DNA of 64,000 nucleotides from Spirochaetaceae bacterium (GTDB lineage: Bacteria > Spirochaetota > Spirochaetia > DSM-27196 > SKKC01), in assembly GCA_007694005.1 (NCBI GenBank), contig RECN01000104.1, positions 44,029-108,028 of the forward strand, given 5' to 3'. The stretch's first letter is position 1. Every line of letters begins with the position of its first letter. Position numbers and translations under genes: made by a program. This document shows, piece after piece, positions 9,187-18,131 of this stretch. Below the pieces are notes generated by a model. The model made no database searches, was not told the origin of the DNA, and worked only from the letters and a program-made list of their open reading frames with translations.

Positions 9187-11254
9187 AATCCGCAGAGCGA
9201 AAAACCTCTACGACCTCTTCCGGTGTCCGGGCGGACAGTATTGCCGCCCGGGCTTCCTCCTGCCGGAGCCGCTGTACCAGTGCTGCCAGGAACTGCAGAT
9301 GTGGACCCTTGCTGTGCCTGGGGGACGCGAGCAGCACAATAATGTCTGAGGGCTGCTGATCAACGGCCTCGAAATCTAACCCACCCGGAACGACGCCCAC
9401 CGCGCACACCATCTCGGTCACACCGTCGGTTTTCGCGTGCGGAATCGCGAGGCCGTGTTCCATTCCCGTTCCCGTCTGTCGTTCGCGGTGTATCACATCG
9501 TCGATAAGAAGACTCATGTCGGACACAGCCCACTGCGGCAGGAGCGCTGCGAGCTTCCGTATGGCCTGTTCACGGTCGTCGACCTCAAGCGGGAGTGCAA
9601 CCTGAGACGGTGACAGGTAGTCACTGATGCGTATGCTGTCACGACCATGAGCCTCTGCTGCGCCACGACGTACATCTTCGGGAACCGTGAGTCGGGTCAT
9701 GCGGCTCACCCGATCGGAGACGTGCACCAGCGTCTCGTACAGCGCAGTGCGGAGTACGCCTTCATCCCTGCTGTCGCCGGAAAGCTCGATCGTGCACCCG
9801 TCGATCACGAGGCTGTACGTAACGGTATCCCGACGCACCCTGTACACGGGACGATCGAGATCAAGCCGATGAACGATGAAACCGTCGGAGGTAAACGAAC
9901 GCAGGAGAGACCCACGTACGAGATCGGCGATTTCCTCGTTCGGCACGTCGAGGCGGATCACCGTCGGCTTCACATCCGTGTCAGAACTGACGCGCCCACT
10001 CTCGTTCTTCTTGATTGACGCTGCAAACAGCGGCGACCCGATGAGGACCGAGGAAATAGTCATGACCGCTATGATCTTGAACAGATCTGCGTCTATGAGA
10101 CCCGACGCCACACCGACGACGCCCATGATCAGAGCGACCTCTCCCCGGGCAATCGTCCCCAGACCGATTCGCAGTGCTCCAAGGCGATTAAACCCTACCC
10201 TGACCGCCGGGAGCGCGGAACCTGCGAGCTTGGCAAGACCCGAAACCAGGGCGAACAAAAGGCCGACCAGCAGGACGCGAGGCGAAACGAGAACCGAAAT
10301 GTCGATAAACATCCCCATGATCGCGTACAGGAGCGGAACAAAAAATCCCGCCACCGGCTTCATGCGCTCCTGTACGATATCGACGACATCGGTGCGCGAC
10401 AGCGCGGCACCAACACCGTAGGCTCCGATTATCGAAGCAACACCGGCGAGCTCGAAAAGACCCGAGAACAGCAAGGCGAGCGCAAGCGCCGGGGTCGCCG
10501 CGACGGCGGCAGGAGCACCGATACGCTTGAGGCCGGCAGCGATGCGAGGGGCAAATCCGATTACAAACGCAAAACCCAGTATCCAGACCAGAAGCGCCTG
10601 CACAAAAATTGGTACGGCACCGGCTACCAGCCCGGCCGGGTCAGGTACCGGGCCGGAACTCAGCGCGGCCATCGTTACTGCAAGGACAGTGATTGCGAGA
10701 CCGTCCTGCAGCAACGACGACTCCATGACGACACGGCCTTCGGGGGTATCAAGCTTATGGTAGTCGGAGAGAATGCGCGCCTGCACACCCATAGACGTGG
10801 AGATCGACACACCGGCAAAAAACAGAATCACCGGATCACCGAACCGGTAGCCGAGCAGAACAACAGGAAACAACACACCAACAAGACCCGAGAGCAGAAT
10901 GCCGCCGATTGCTGGGCGTACCGCGATAGCCTTCAGCCGTGCCAGAGAGCGTATGTCGGTTTCCAGGCCCACTAGGAAGATATGTACCACCGCCCCAATG
11001 GCGGCAAAAGCATACAGCTCTATGGATACCGGCAAGGCGCCGGTTTCGAGCGGAACAAAGCCATGCGCAAAGCCGGGTAGCGCAATCGACCCGAGAGCGT
11101 AAGGGCCGAGGATTACCCCGGTCATAACCTCGCCGATCAGTGCCGGCAATCCAAGTCTCCGTGCTCCCATACCCGCGATCCGCGCGACTATCAGAACAAG
11201 GCCAATCTGGAGAAGGAGTTGTGCAATCTGATGCGTCAGTTCAGTTCCGTGCAT
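9140..11254 (-). CDS. CPA2-type cation/proton antiporter fused to an unknown linker domain and a C-terminal PTS EIIA(Ntr/fructose, type 2) domain
   Basis: 704-aa ORF. The first ~410 aa form a polytopic Na_H_exchanger-like domain (LLLQIGLVLIVARIAGMGARRLGLPALIGEVMTGVILGP). The last ~155 aa are EIIA type 2, with the phosphorylatable-His motif GLAIPHAKT (His606 codon at 9437-9439) and VLLASP...HLQFLAALVQRL. Confidence 0.8.
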   Translation of the reverse strand: MHGTELTHQIAQLLLQIGLVLIVARIAGMGARRLGLPALIGEVMTGVILGPYALGSIALPGFAHGFVPLETGALPVSIELYAFAAIGAVVHIFLVGLETDIRSLARLKAIAVRPAIGGILLSGLVGVLFPVVLLGYRFGDPVILFFAGVSISTSMGVQARILSDYHKLDTPEGRVVMESSLLQDGLAITVLAVTMAALSSGPVPDPAGLVAGAVPIFVQALLVWILGFAFVIGFAPRIAAGLKRIGAPAAVAATPALALALLFSGLFELAGVASIIGAYGVGAALSRTDVVDIVQERMKPVAGFFVPLLYAIMGMFIDISVLVSPRVLLVGLLFALVSGLAKLAGSALPAVRVGFNRLGALRIGLGTIARGEVALIMGVVGVASGLIDADLFKIIAVMTISSVLIGSPLFAASIKKNESGRVSSDTDVKPTVIRLDVPNEEIADLVRGSLLRSFTSDGFIVHRLDLDRPVYRVRRDTVTYSLVIDGCTIELSGDSRDEGVLRTALYETLVHVSDRVSRMTRLTVPEDVRRGAAEAHGRDSIRISDYLSPSQVALPLEVDDREQAIRKLAALLPQWAVSDMSLLIDDVIHRERQTGTGMEHGLAIPHAKTDGVTEMVCAVGVVPGGLDFEAVDQQPSDIIVLLASPRHSKGPHLQFLAALVQRLRQEEARAAILSARTPEEVVEVFRSADSTNQGTRPFRARRNQ

Positions 11255-11343
11255 TACCTGGCAGGAATCCCCGATTCACCCGTTTTGTCAAGGCTGTCGC
11301 ACGGGGACATCACCGCTTCCGACCGAAATTTTCCGTTCATCGC

Positions 11344-11372
11344 TTGCGAATCGATCGCCCGTCCCTCATAAT
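11344..11372 (+). promoter_or_regulatory. Candidate sigma70-type promoter TTGCGA-N17-CATAAT, implying a near-leaderless mRNA for the 11384 antiporter gene
   Basis: TTGCGA at 11344-11349, a 17-nt spacer, then CATAAT at 11367-11372. The ATG is at 11384 with no recognisable Shine-Dalgarno in between. Confidence 0.3.
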
Positions 11373-11383
11373 CACGGCGAATA

Positions 11384-12634
11384 ATGACAACGATTCCAGA
11401 GCTTATCGAGAATCTCGCATTGATCAGTGTTCTACGCACGCATCCTCTCTTCGCAATCGGAACAATGCTCGTGTTCGGGTATGTTCTTGCAAAACTGTCC
11501 GAGCTTTTGCACCTGCCCGGAGTTACCGGATTCCTTCTTGCCGGTCTGATCATGGGTCCTGGTGGACTCGCTCTGGTTCCCACAAGCCCCGCCGGAGACC
11601 CTGGTTTCATTGCTGAGGTGGCACTCGGGCTTATTGCGTTCACAGTCGGAGGAGAGCTTCGCCTTTCAAAACTGCGACGGATCCTGAGATCGGTCGCGTG
11701 GATCACCGTCGGCCAGTTCGTGCTTCCGTTTCTGCTGGTAGCGCTCGCGCTGGTGTATCTCGAAACCTCCCTCACGTTCGCGTTGCTTCTTGGTGTCGTC
11801 GCGACGACGACATCACCGGGGGCGATTATCGCGGTGGCTCAGTCAACCCGTGCACGCGGACCTATTATTGACAGCCTGTACGGAACGGTTGCCCTTGGTG
11901 ATGCGCTATCTATCGCAGCCTTCGGCATCGTGCTATCCATCGTTCCGTCGCTCCCTGGTGGATCGACAGCGCTGACAGAACTGATTCTCACGGCGATTCT
12001 TGCTACAGGTGTGAGCATAGTCATCGGAACGGTCTTCGGGTTTCTTATCTACGTCTCTACCCGCTCACAAAAGAATACCGGCGAAGTGATGATTCTCACG
12101 CTCGGGTTTCTGTTTCTATCTACTACAACGGCGCTGCTGCTCGGCTTCTCGCCACTGCTGGTCAACATGGCTGCGGGAGCCACGCTCGCAAATATCAGTC
12201 CACGATCGAGCAGGATTTTCCGGACCCTCGAACCGTTTACTCCTCCCCTGTATGCGCTCCTGTTTGTCATAGCAGGGTCGCAGCTGATCCCGTCGTTGCT
12301 GTTCGGCCACGAAATGCTTCTCCTGGGAACGGTTTTCGTTGTAGCGCGCTGGGCAGGAAAATACCTTGGTGCGTATATCGGTGGACGCCTCTCCGGCGCA
12401 GACACCGAAATACGACGGTATCTGGGACTGGGACTGTTCTCGCAGGCAGGAATTGCGCTCGGCCTGGGCCTTCTTCTGCAGACTGTTCCTGAACTGCATG
12501 GTCTTCAGAACCTGTCCACCGGCGTGATTCAGAGCAGCGTGCACATAATCCTTTTCTCGGTGTTCGTGAACGAGATCACCGGACCTCCGATCGCGAAAGC
12601 CGCGATACGGAAAGCTCTGGAACTGGAGGCATAA
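11384..12634 (+). CDS. CPA2-type cation/proton antiporter (stand-alone, no RCK/KTN domain)
   Basis: 416-aa polytopic ORF with a Na_H_exchanger-like N-terminus (FAIGTMLVFGYVLAKLSELLHLPGVTGFLLAGLIMGP) and about 12 hydrophobic segments. Confidence 0.8.
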   Translation: MTTIPELIENLALISVLRTHPLFAIGTMLVFGYVLAKLSELLHLPGVTGFLLAGLIMGPGGLALVPTSPAGDPGFIAEVALGLIAFTVGGELRLSKLRRILRSVAWITVGQFVLPFLLVALALVYLETSLTFALLLGVVATTTSPGAIIAVAQSTRARGPIIDSLYGTVALGDALSIAAFGIVLSIVPSLPGGSTALTELILTAILATGVSIVIGTVFGFLIYVSTRSQKNTGEVMILTLGFLFLSTTTALLLGFSPLLVNMAAGATLANISPRSSRIFRTLEPFTPPLYALLFVIAGSQLIPSLLFGHEMLLLGTVFVVARWAGKYLGAYIGGRLSGADTEIRRYLGLGLFSQAGIALGLGLLLQTVPELHGLQNLSTGVIQSSVHIILFSVFVNEITGPPIAKAAIRKALELEA

Positions 12635-13470
12635 TGGAACTCATTGATGCAATAGATCCGCTTGCATGCGGAGTCGGCCTGAAAGCCCGGACGAAAGACG
12701 AAGCCCTGTGGAAACTTGCGGAACTGGCGCGTCGTTCGAAAACGCTCGAGGAAGTGGACGCGCAGACGATCTACTCCGCTTTGAGTGAACGGGAACGACA
12801 GGGCTCAACCGGCTTCGGAAAAGAAGTCGCCCTTCCCCATGCGCGCATACCGGGTATGGACGACTTTCTCGTCCTGATCGCGGTCTTTCCGGGAGGAGTT
12901 CCCTTTGACACCGTAGATAAAAAGAAAGCGAAAGTCTTTTTTGTCATTCTCGGTCCCGCCGAAGACGTACAGTCGCATCTCCGGCTCCTGGCAGCGATCT
13001 CGCGAATCATTGCGCACACCAATGCAAAGCAGGAACTGCTGAAAAGCCGCTCGGTTGAAGCCGCCGTAGAAACGCTTCACCGGCATATTGGACAGAGCGA
13101 CCGTAGCTCGGCCGGGGGAAAAACCGGCACCGATGCTATGAAGATGCTTCTGGTAACGGTCTATGTCGAGCAGTACATGTACGACATCCTCGAACTGCTC
13201 CTTGAGTTCGGAATCGATGGTGCGACCATCATGGAATCAACGGGCATGAGCCGGTATATCTCTAATGTACCGCTGTTCGCCGAGTTCATAGGATTCATGA
13301 ACGAGAGTAAGAACTCGAGTAAAACGATCCTCGCGCTGACCCCCGAACGCCATATCCGCGCGATCGTTGAGCGCATTGAGGAGGTCACGGGCGACCTCGA
13401 CAAACAGGAAGGTGCCATGGTACTCGCCCTCGATGTGAGCTTTTACAAGGGAACCATGAAGATGATGTAG
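12634..13470 (+). CDS. Two-domain regulator: PTS EIIA type-2 (PtsN-like) domain fused to a PII-like (GlnB-fold) domain
   Basis: 278-aa ORF. Its start overlaps the antiporter stop (TAATG). The EIIA motif is GFGKEVALPHARI (His69 codon at 12838-12840) plus VFFVILGP...HLRLLAAISRI. The C-terminal domain (nt 13138-13467) aligns by eye to GlnB: MKMLLVTVYVEQYMYDILELLLEFGIDGATIMESTGMS against [37 protein letters not shown]. A loop follows, then TILALTPERHIRAIVERIEEVTG...GAMVLALDVSF. Confidence 0.7.
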   Translation: MELIDAIDPLACGVGLKARTKDEALWKLAELARRSKTLEEVDAQTIYSALSERERQGSTGFGKEVALPHARIPGMDDFLVLIAVFPGGVPFDTVDKKKAKVFFVILGPAEDVQSHLRLLAAISRIIAHTNAKQELLKSRSVEAAVETLHRHIGQSDRSSAGGKTGTDAMKMLLVTVYVEQYMYDILELLLEFGIDGATIMESTGMSRYISNVPLFAEFIGFMNESKNSSKTILALTPERHIRAIVERIEEVTGDLDKQEGAMVLALDVSFYKGTMKMM

Positions 13471-13522
13471 GATGGGGTTCACGGGCGTTTCCGAAACGCG
13501 TGCACCCTGATCCGTTCCTTCC

Positions 13523-15835
13523 TCAGACGACTCTGACAGACCTGCCCTTTGACAGACTGACCCGTATCTCCTGAGCATCGGCGCCCGTGCCCAGGCTCAA
13601 CGCCAGCGAACAGTCGTGTTCCGCTTCAAGATGCAGTTCCACAAGACGACAATCGCGAACGATACCGTCGGCGAGCACTGCTCCGGGAAGCCGCACACGG
13701 GAAAACGAGAGGTCCGGTATGGCGGCGGGTATGCTGTCGGCAATGTGGTATCCGCTGAGGGTGTGCATGTCCTTCGCCTGCCACCAGCTGGCGTCGGTTC
13801 GTACAATGAGCTCTATGACAGCCGCGCTGAAGCCGAGGCCCGCTTCAAGCTGCATTATGTCCGGTCGGCCGTCGCGGACCGTGAGCCCCGGACGCGTGGC
13901 GTCGTGTGTCGTCGCATAGCCTTCGTTTGTAAAAAAAGCCATGAAGGTCTGCAACATATGAAACGCGGCATCGGGTGAACCACTGTGACTGTGCAGGATG
14001 GAAGCCCACGGAAAACTCCAGCCTGACCACTCACCGACCCCCAGTCGCACCCAGCGCGACAGCGCACGCCGCGTGGCCTCGGCGTCGGCACCGACCGTAT
14101 CGAGCGTCTGCAGAGGCCAGATTCCTGCCAGATGCGAATGGTGCCGGTGGCTGTGAGGCAGCGGAACCTCGTCGAATACAAGAATCTCTGCTTCCTCCGC
14201 CCCGGCACGTTGCGCCGATGCGTATTTCGGAAGCGCTCCGGCGTCAAGAGCAGAAGCAAACGCAAGCACTTCGTCCAGATCCGGGATACGTTTGAGAAGA
14301 GCGGCACGGTCTTCACCGTCACACAACCGCTCTACAAAACGAAGATCCCGTGCGCAGGCGTGTATGGCAGCAAGCTGATACGACGAGTTTACACCCCAGG
14401 CGTGTTCACCCGCACCGCCAAGCTCTGGAGACACACTCACCTCAAATCGGTACATACCCGTCTCGTCGCAGCGCAGCAATGCCTGTGAAACACGCAGTAC
14501 CTTGCACAAAAGAGGTGCAACCAGATCACGATACAGTTCATGACGATGCTCGTAGCGGCAGTACTCCATGAGGGTATGTATGAGCCAGGCGGTGGACCCG
14601 TGATCGATGCTGCCCGTCCAGAACCCTCCCATGCACGCACCCGTGTCATCGATAGCGTGTGGAAGGTGATAGCCGTCCTCGACACCTGCGAAGAGACGCG
14701 CGTAATTCCGCGCAGCCTGCTCGTGCCTGAGCACGAAGTCGACGAGAGGTTTCGCTGCGCTCATGCAGTTTCCAGCGAAAGCAGGCCAGTAACACTCCTG
14801 TATGTTCACGTTGAGGTGAAAGTCACCGGACCAGGGTGGCATCCTATGGTCCTCTATCCACGGTCCCTGAAGGCCGGTCGCATCAAACCCTTCTACGCTG
14901 CTAGCGCCGAGGCGATACATACCCATGAGATACTGGCGGTCGAGGGTCTGGTGTTCTGTCCGGACGATTGCGCTTCTCGTCCAGAAGCGATGCCAGTAGG
15001 CCCGTGTCGGCTCTGTCAGATCCGTGAAGTCTGTTGTCCGACTCAAACCCGCGCCGGCGGCAGTAAGCGCCTCGCCCTCGTTTTCACCATAGGCGCACGT
15101 AATCTGTGTGAGAACGACAAGGCCATCGGAGGTTTCATGCGTACGATTCGCAGCTGAGCTTCGCCTGTCGGTGCGGATGTGCACGCCAAGAAATGCACCA
15201 TCGGGCACAGCCTGGACCCAGCGAACATCCGAGGAATCGTTCTGGACGATGCCGGGGGGGTCGAGTCGCCATGCGGCACTTGCGTATGCGTCAGAACGTG
15301 ACAGCGGATTACTCGGAACGGCGCCGAACCCGACTTCGAAGTCCCCGCGGGTCTCAACAAGAACGACTGCGTCTTTTCCCTTCATGGACATCTGCATGGT
15401 ACAGGTTTGCGCAGTCTTACGGTCAGCCAGAACAATCTCTACCTTCCCTTCCGGCAAAACGAGCGCGACCGACTGAACAAAAACCTCTTCGGGCAGAGTG
15501 TAGTCAATCCGTCCCATGGGAAGGCGTGTCGGTCGCTCGGGGGCGTCCCGTGAACTGGTCTTCCTGAACCTGTGGATTACCTCAGACGCCTGCCCGGACT
15601 GAAGCAGATCCACGACTTCGTTATAGTTCATACCCTCGTTCCAGACGAGTGCACCCCGATGATCCCAGTAATCGCTGCGATTGAAGGTTACGTGAACGGT
15701 GTTCGCCTCCGCCCAGACGAGGGCGCCGGCAATACCGTTGCCGACAGGAACGCCATCGTGCACCGACGGCAGGTTGGTCGAAAAGGGAATGCGGAACGCA
15801 TCTGTCTGAAACTGTTCGGGTCGTGTTGTCTGCAT
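13523..15835 (-). CDS. Glycoside hydrolase, GH95-like (Glyco_hyd_65N_2-type N-terminus plus a probable (alpha/alpha)6 domain)
   Basis: 770-aa ORF. The N-terminal motif PVGNGIAGALVWAEANTVHVTFNRSDYWDHRG resembles the GH95 motif (P-I-G-N-G-x-L-G-A...N...LW). There is no signal peptide. Family assignment is by eye only. Confidence 0.55.
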   Translation of the reverse strand: MQTTRPEQFQTDAFRIPFSTNLPSVHDGVPVGNGIAGALVWAEANTVHVTFNRSDYWDHRGALVWNEGMNYNEVVDLLQSGQASEVIHRFRKTSSRDAPERPTRLPMGRIDYTLPEEVFVQSVALVLPEGKVEIVLADRKTAQTCTMQMSMKGKDAVVLVETRGDFEVGFGAVPSNPLSRSDAYASAAWRLDPPGIVQNDSSDVRWVQAVPDGAFLGVHIRTDRRSSAANRTHETSDGLVVLTQITCAYGENEGEALTAAGAGLSRTTDFTDLTEPTRAYWHRFWTRSAIVRTEHQTLDRQYLMGMYRLGASSVEGFDATGLQGPWIEDHRMPPWSGDFHLNVNIQECYWPAFAGNCMSAAKPLVDFVLRHEQAARNYARLFAGVEDGYHLPHAIDDTGACMGGFWTGSIDHGSTAWLIHTLMEYCRYEHRHELYRDLVAPLLCKVLRVSQALLRCDETGMYRFEVSVSPELGGAGEHAWGVNSSYQLAAIHACARDLRFVERLCDGEDRAALLKRIPDLDEVLAFASALDAGALPKYASAQRAGAEEAEILVFDEVPLPHSHRHHSHLAGIWPLQTLDTVGADAEATRRALSRWVRLGVGEWSGWSFPWASILHSHSGSPDAAFHMLQTFMAFFTNEGYATTHDATRPGLTVRDGRPDIMQLEAGLGFSAAVIELIVRTDASWWQAKDMHTLSGYHIADSIPAAIPDLSFSRVRLPGAVLADGIVRDCRLVELHLEAEHDCSLALSLGTGADAQEIRVSLSKGRSVRVV

Positions 15836-15858
15836 AGAGGTCCGTATATTAGCGCGGC

Positions 15859-18120
15859 ATGCAGCGCTGTGCTACTATAAGCCCCGCAGATCGTACCATG
15901 AGTGATACACAGAACATCCCGAAGACGTACAGCACACCAGTCAAACTCCGGGGTCGGCGCCAGTTCACCCTGTTTGCGGTTTTCAACGCATTCAGCTATC
16001 TCCTCCTCTCAGGAAACATACTGACCCTGTTCCTCCTTCGGCTCGAAGCGAATCGTACGATCGTCGGCCTTGTGTCGAGCTTCCTGTACATCTCGTTCTT
16101 CTTCATGCTTGTCGGAAAGAAATTCGGCATACACCTCGGTGCCGTGCGACTCTTTGCACTGGGATGGACGCTGCGCTATATCTCGGTGATTCCGCTCGTT
16201 GCAATACCGTGGTTGCACTCAGCAGGCTTCTATCAGGCCATTCCCGTCGTCTTTGTCCTCTCCACGCTCGCGTTCAATGTGTTCCGGGGAGCCGGTCTCG
16301 TCGGACAAAGCCCCATACTCGGCGAGCTTTCGTCGGGACCCGATCGTGGTGCGTTTCTCTTGCGATTTCAGATCATCGCGAACGTGATTGCCGTATTTGC
16401 CGGGCTGCTCATTGCCCTGATGCTTGGTGATAACGCCCCGCTCACCCGGTACGCTGTGTTCATCGCCTTCGGTGTCGGCTTCGGTCTCATTGCGAGTGCC
16501 GTGGTTGCCCGTGTTCCAGAGCCACCCGGGGTGCAGGAAGGTGCGTCGGAGCGACTCGCCACCGCGATACACCGAACCTTCGCGGATTACCGTTTTCGCC
16601 GTTTCCTGCTGGCCTTCGGCTCGCTTGCAATGATCAGCGGCGCAGCTCGCCCCTTTCTCATTGTGTACGCGCGGGAGGTGTACGCACAGACTGACAGCGC
16701 CGCGATCGCGTACGGAGTCGTCGGAAACGTAGGCGCAATTGCGATGGGACTGTTTATCAGGCTCATGCTCGACCGTGTCGGTGCAAAACCACTGATCATC
16801 GCAACCGTCCTGATCGCACTCATAGGCTACGGGCTTGCAATGCTCTCACCGTCCGCGACCGGGTTAGCCGTTTTCGCCGTACTGTCCGTGATCTTCTTTG
16901 TTTCCTCCTTCGGGTCCGCAGGGGCGGAATCCTGCTCCCAGAGTTACTACTACGCAATGCTCAAGCCGAGCGACCAGATGAACATGGGAATAATCTATTT
17001 TCTCGTCCTTGGCATCGGGGGCAGCATCGGATCCTTCGGCGGAGGCGTGGTCCTCGATATTCTTCATTCAGTAACCGGAGGTTCTGACCCGGTTACCGTC
17101 TACCAGTGGTACTACGGGGGCATATTCGTCGCGATTGCGATTCTTGTCCTGCTTTACAGCCGCCTTGAACGCCTCGGAGCCTACTCCTTCCGTGGCACAA
17201 TAGGCGTGTTTTTCTCTATCCGCGATCTCAGGACAATGACCCTGCTCGATCGTCTCGACCGTGCTTCCGACCTCGATCATGAACGCTCGGCGATACGCGG
17301 CCTCGGTGGTACCGGCAGCAGATTTGCGCGGGAAAGCCTTTTGAAGAAACTCGAGTCGCCGAGCTACGCGATACGCAGCGAGACACTGACCGCGCTTGAA
17401 CAGCTCCCGTATCATCGCGACATCGAGCAGGCCCTGATACAGGAACTCGGTGATCATCCCTATACAACGGCCTACCTGGCGGCGCGCATACTCGGGCGTT
17501 ATCCCGGGCGTCAGTCGATCAAGGCTTTGCGCGAAGCGGTATATTCCGACGACTACGTTCTCTGCGGTGAGGCGATGACGGCGCTCGGGAGACTGAACGA
17601 TACGTCGGGAACCCATCGCATCGAAATGGTCCTGCGCCTGACCGACAACCCCTACCTGGTAATACGGGCGACGGAAGCGCTTCGGCTGCTTCGCCAGACG
17701 GGTTCAATCACCCTCCTCTTCAGTGCACTGGCCGGAGATGACGTTCCTGAGTACCTGAGAGACGAGGTGATCCTGGCGGTTGCCGACCTCATCGACATAC
17801 ACAGCTGGTTCTACACCTTGTACGTGCGCTTTCTCGCGGACCGGTACGACGCAATAGAGTTCCTCCGGGAACGAATAGGGACAAAACCGGACGATGGCGT
17901 GCATCGCGTCCTCGACCATCTGCTCGATGACGCCCGCGAGTTCGCCACAGGTGCTGCTACGATGCTTCGAACCCGACCCGACCGATACGCGTATGCTGAT
18001 AATCTCGCAAACATCATTGAGAGCGAACGAATCTATCGCTTCGAGCGCGTTCGATTTCTCATCGGTGCGGTGATATCCGACTGGTCAAACGAGTTGACGG
18101 ACAGCGAACGAACGCTCTAA
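15859..18120 (+). CDS. MFS-type transporter fused to a C-terminal cytoplasmic HEAT-repeat domain
   Basis: 753-aa ORF. The first ~440 aa contain about 12 hydrophobic helices typical of MFS. The C-terminal ~300 aa have HEAT/PBS-lyase-like repeats (AIRGLGGTGSRFARESLLKKLESPSYAIRSETLTALEQL...AARILGRYPGRQSIKALREAV...CGEAMTALGRLND...IRATEALRLL). An alternative start is ATG 15898. Confidence 0.7.
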   Translation: MQRCATISPADRTMSDTQNIPKTYSTPVKLRGRRQFTLFAVFNAFSYLLLSGNILTLFLLRLEANRTIVGLVSSFLYISFFFMLVGKKFGIHLGAVRLFALGWTLRYISVIPLVAIPWLHSAGFYQAIPVVFVLSTLAFNVFRGAGLVGQSPILGELSSGPDRGAFLLRFQIIANVIAVFAGLLIALMLGDNAPLTRYAVFIAFGVGFGLIASAVVARVPEPPGVQEGASERLATAIHRTFADYRFRRFLLAFGSLAMISGAARPFLIVYAREVYAQTDSAAIAYGVVGNVGAIAMGLFIRLMLDRVGAKPLIIATVLIALIGYGLAMLSPSATGLAVFAVLSVIFFVSSFGSAGAESCSQSYYYAMLKPSDQMNMGIIYFLVLGIGGSIGSFGGGVVLDILHSVTGGSDPVTVYQWYYGGIFVAIAILVLLYSRLERLGAYSFRGTIGVFFSIRDLRTMTLLDRLDRASDLDHERSAIRGLGGTGSRFARESLLKKLESPSYAIRSETLTALEQLPYHRDIEQALIQELGDHPYTTAYLAARILGRYPGRQSIKALREAVYSDDYVLCGEAMTALGRLNDTSGTHRIEMVLRLTDNPYLVIRATEALRLLRQTGSITLLFSALAGDDVPEYLRDEVILAVADLIDIHSWFYTLYVRFLADRYDAIEFLRERIGTKPDDGVHRVLDHLLDDAREFATGAATMLRTRPDRYAYADNLANIIESERIYRFERVRFLIGAVISDWSNELTDSERTL

Positions 18121-18131
18121 CGTGGACAGAC

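Noticed and set aside
13470-13523. Short dyad (GCGTT-tccg-AACGC) between the convergent EIIA-PII and GH95-like genes, considered as a bidirectional terminator
   Set aside because: The stem is 5 bp and has no flanking U or A tracts, so it is not distinguishable from chance.
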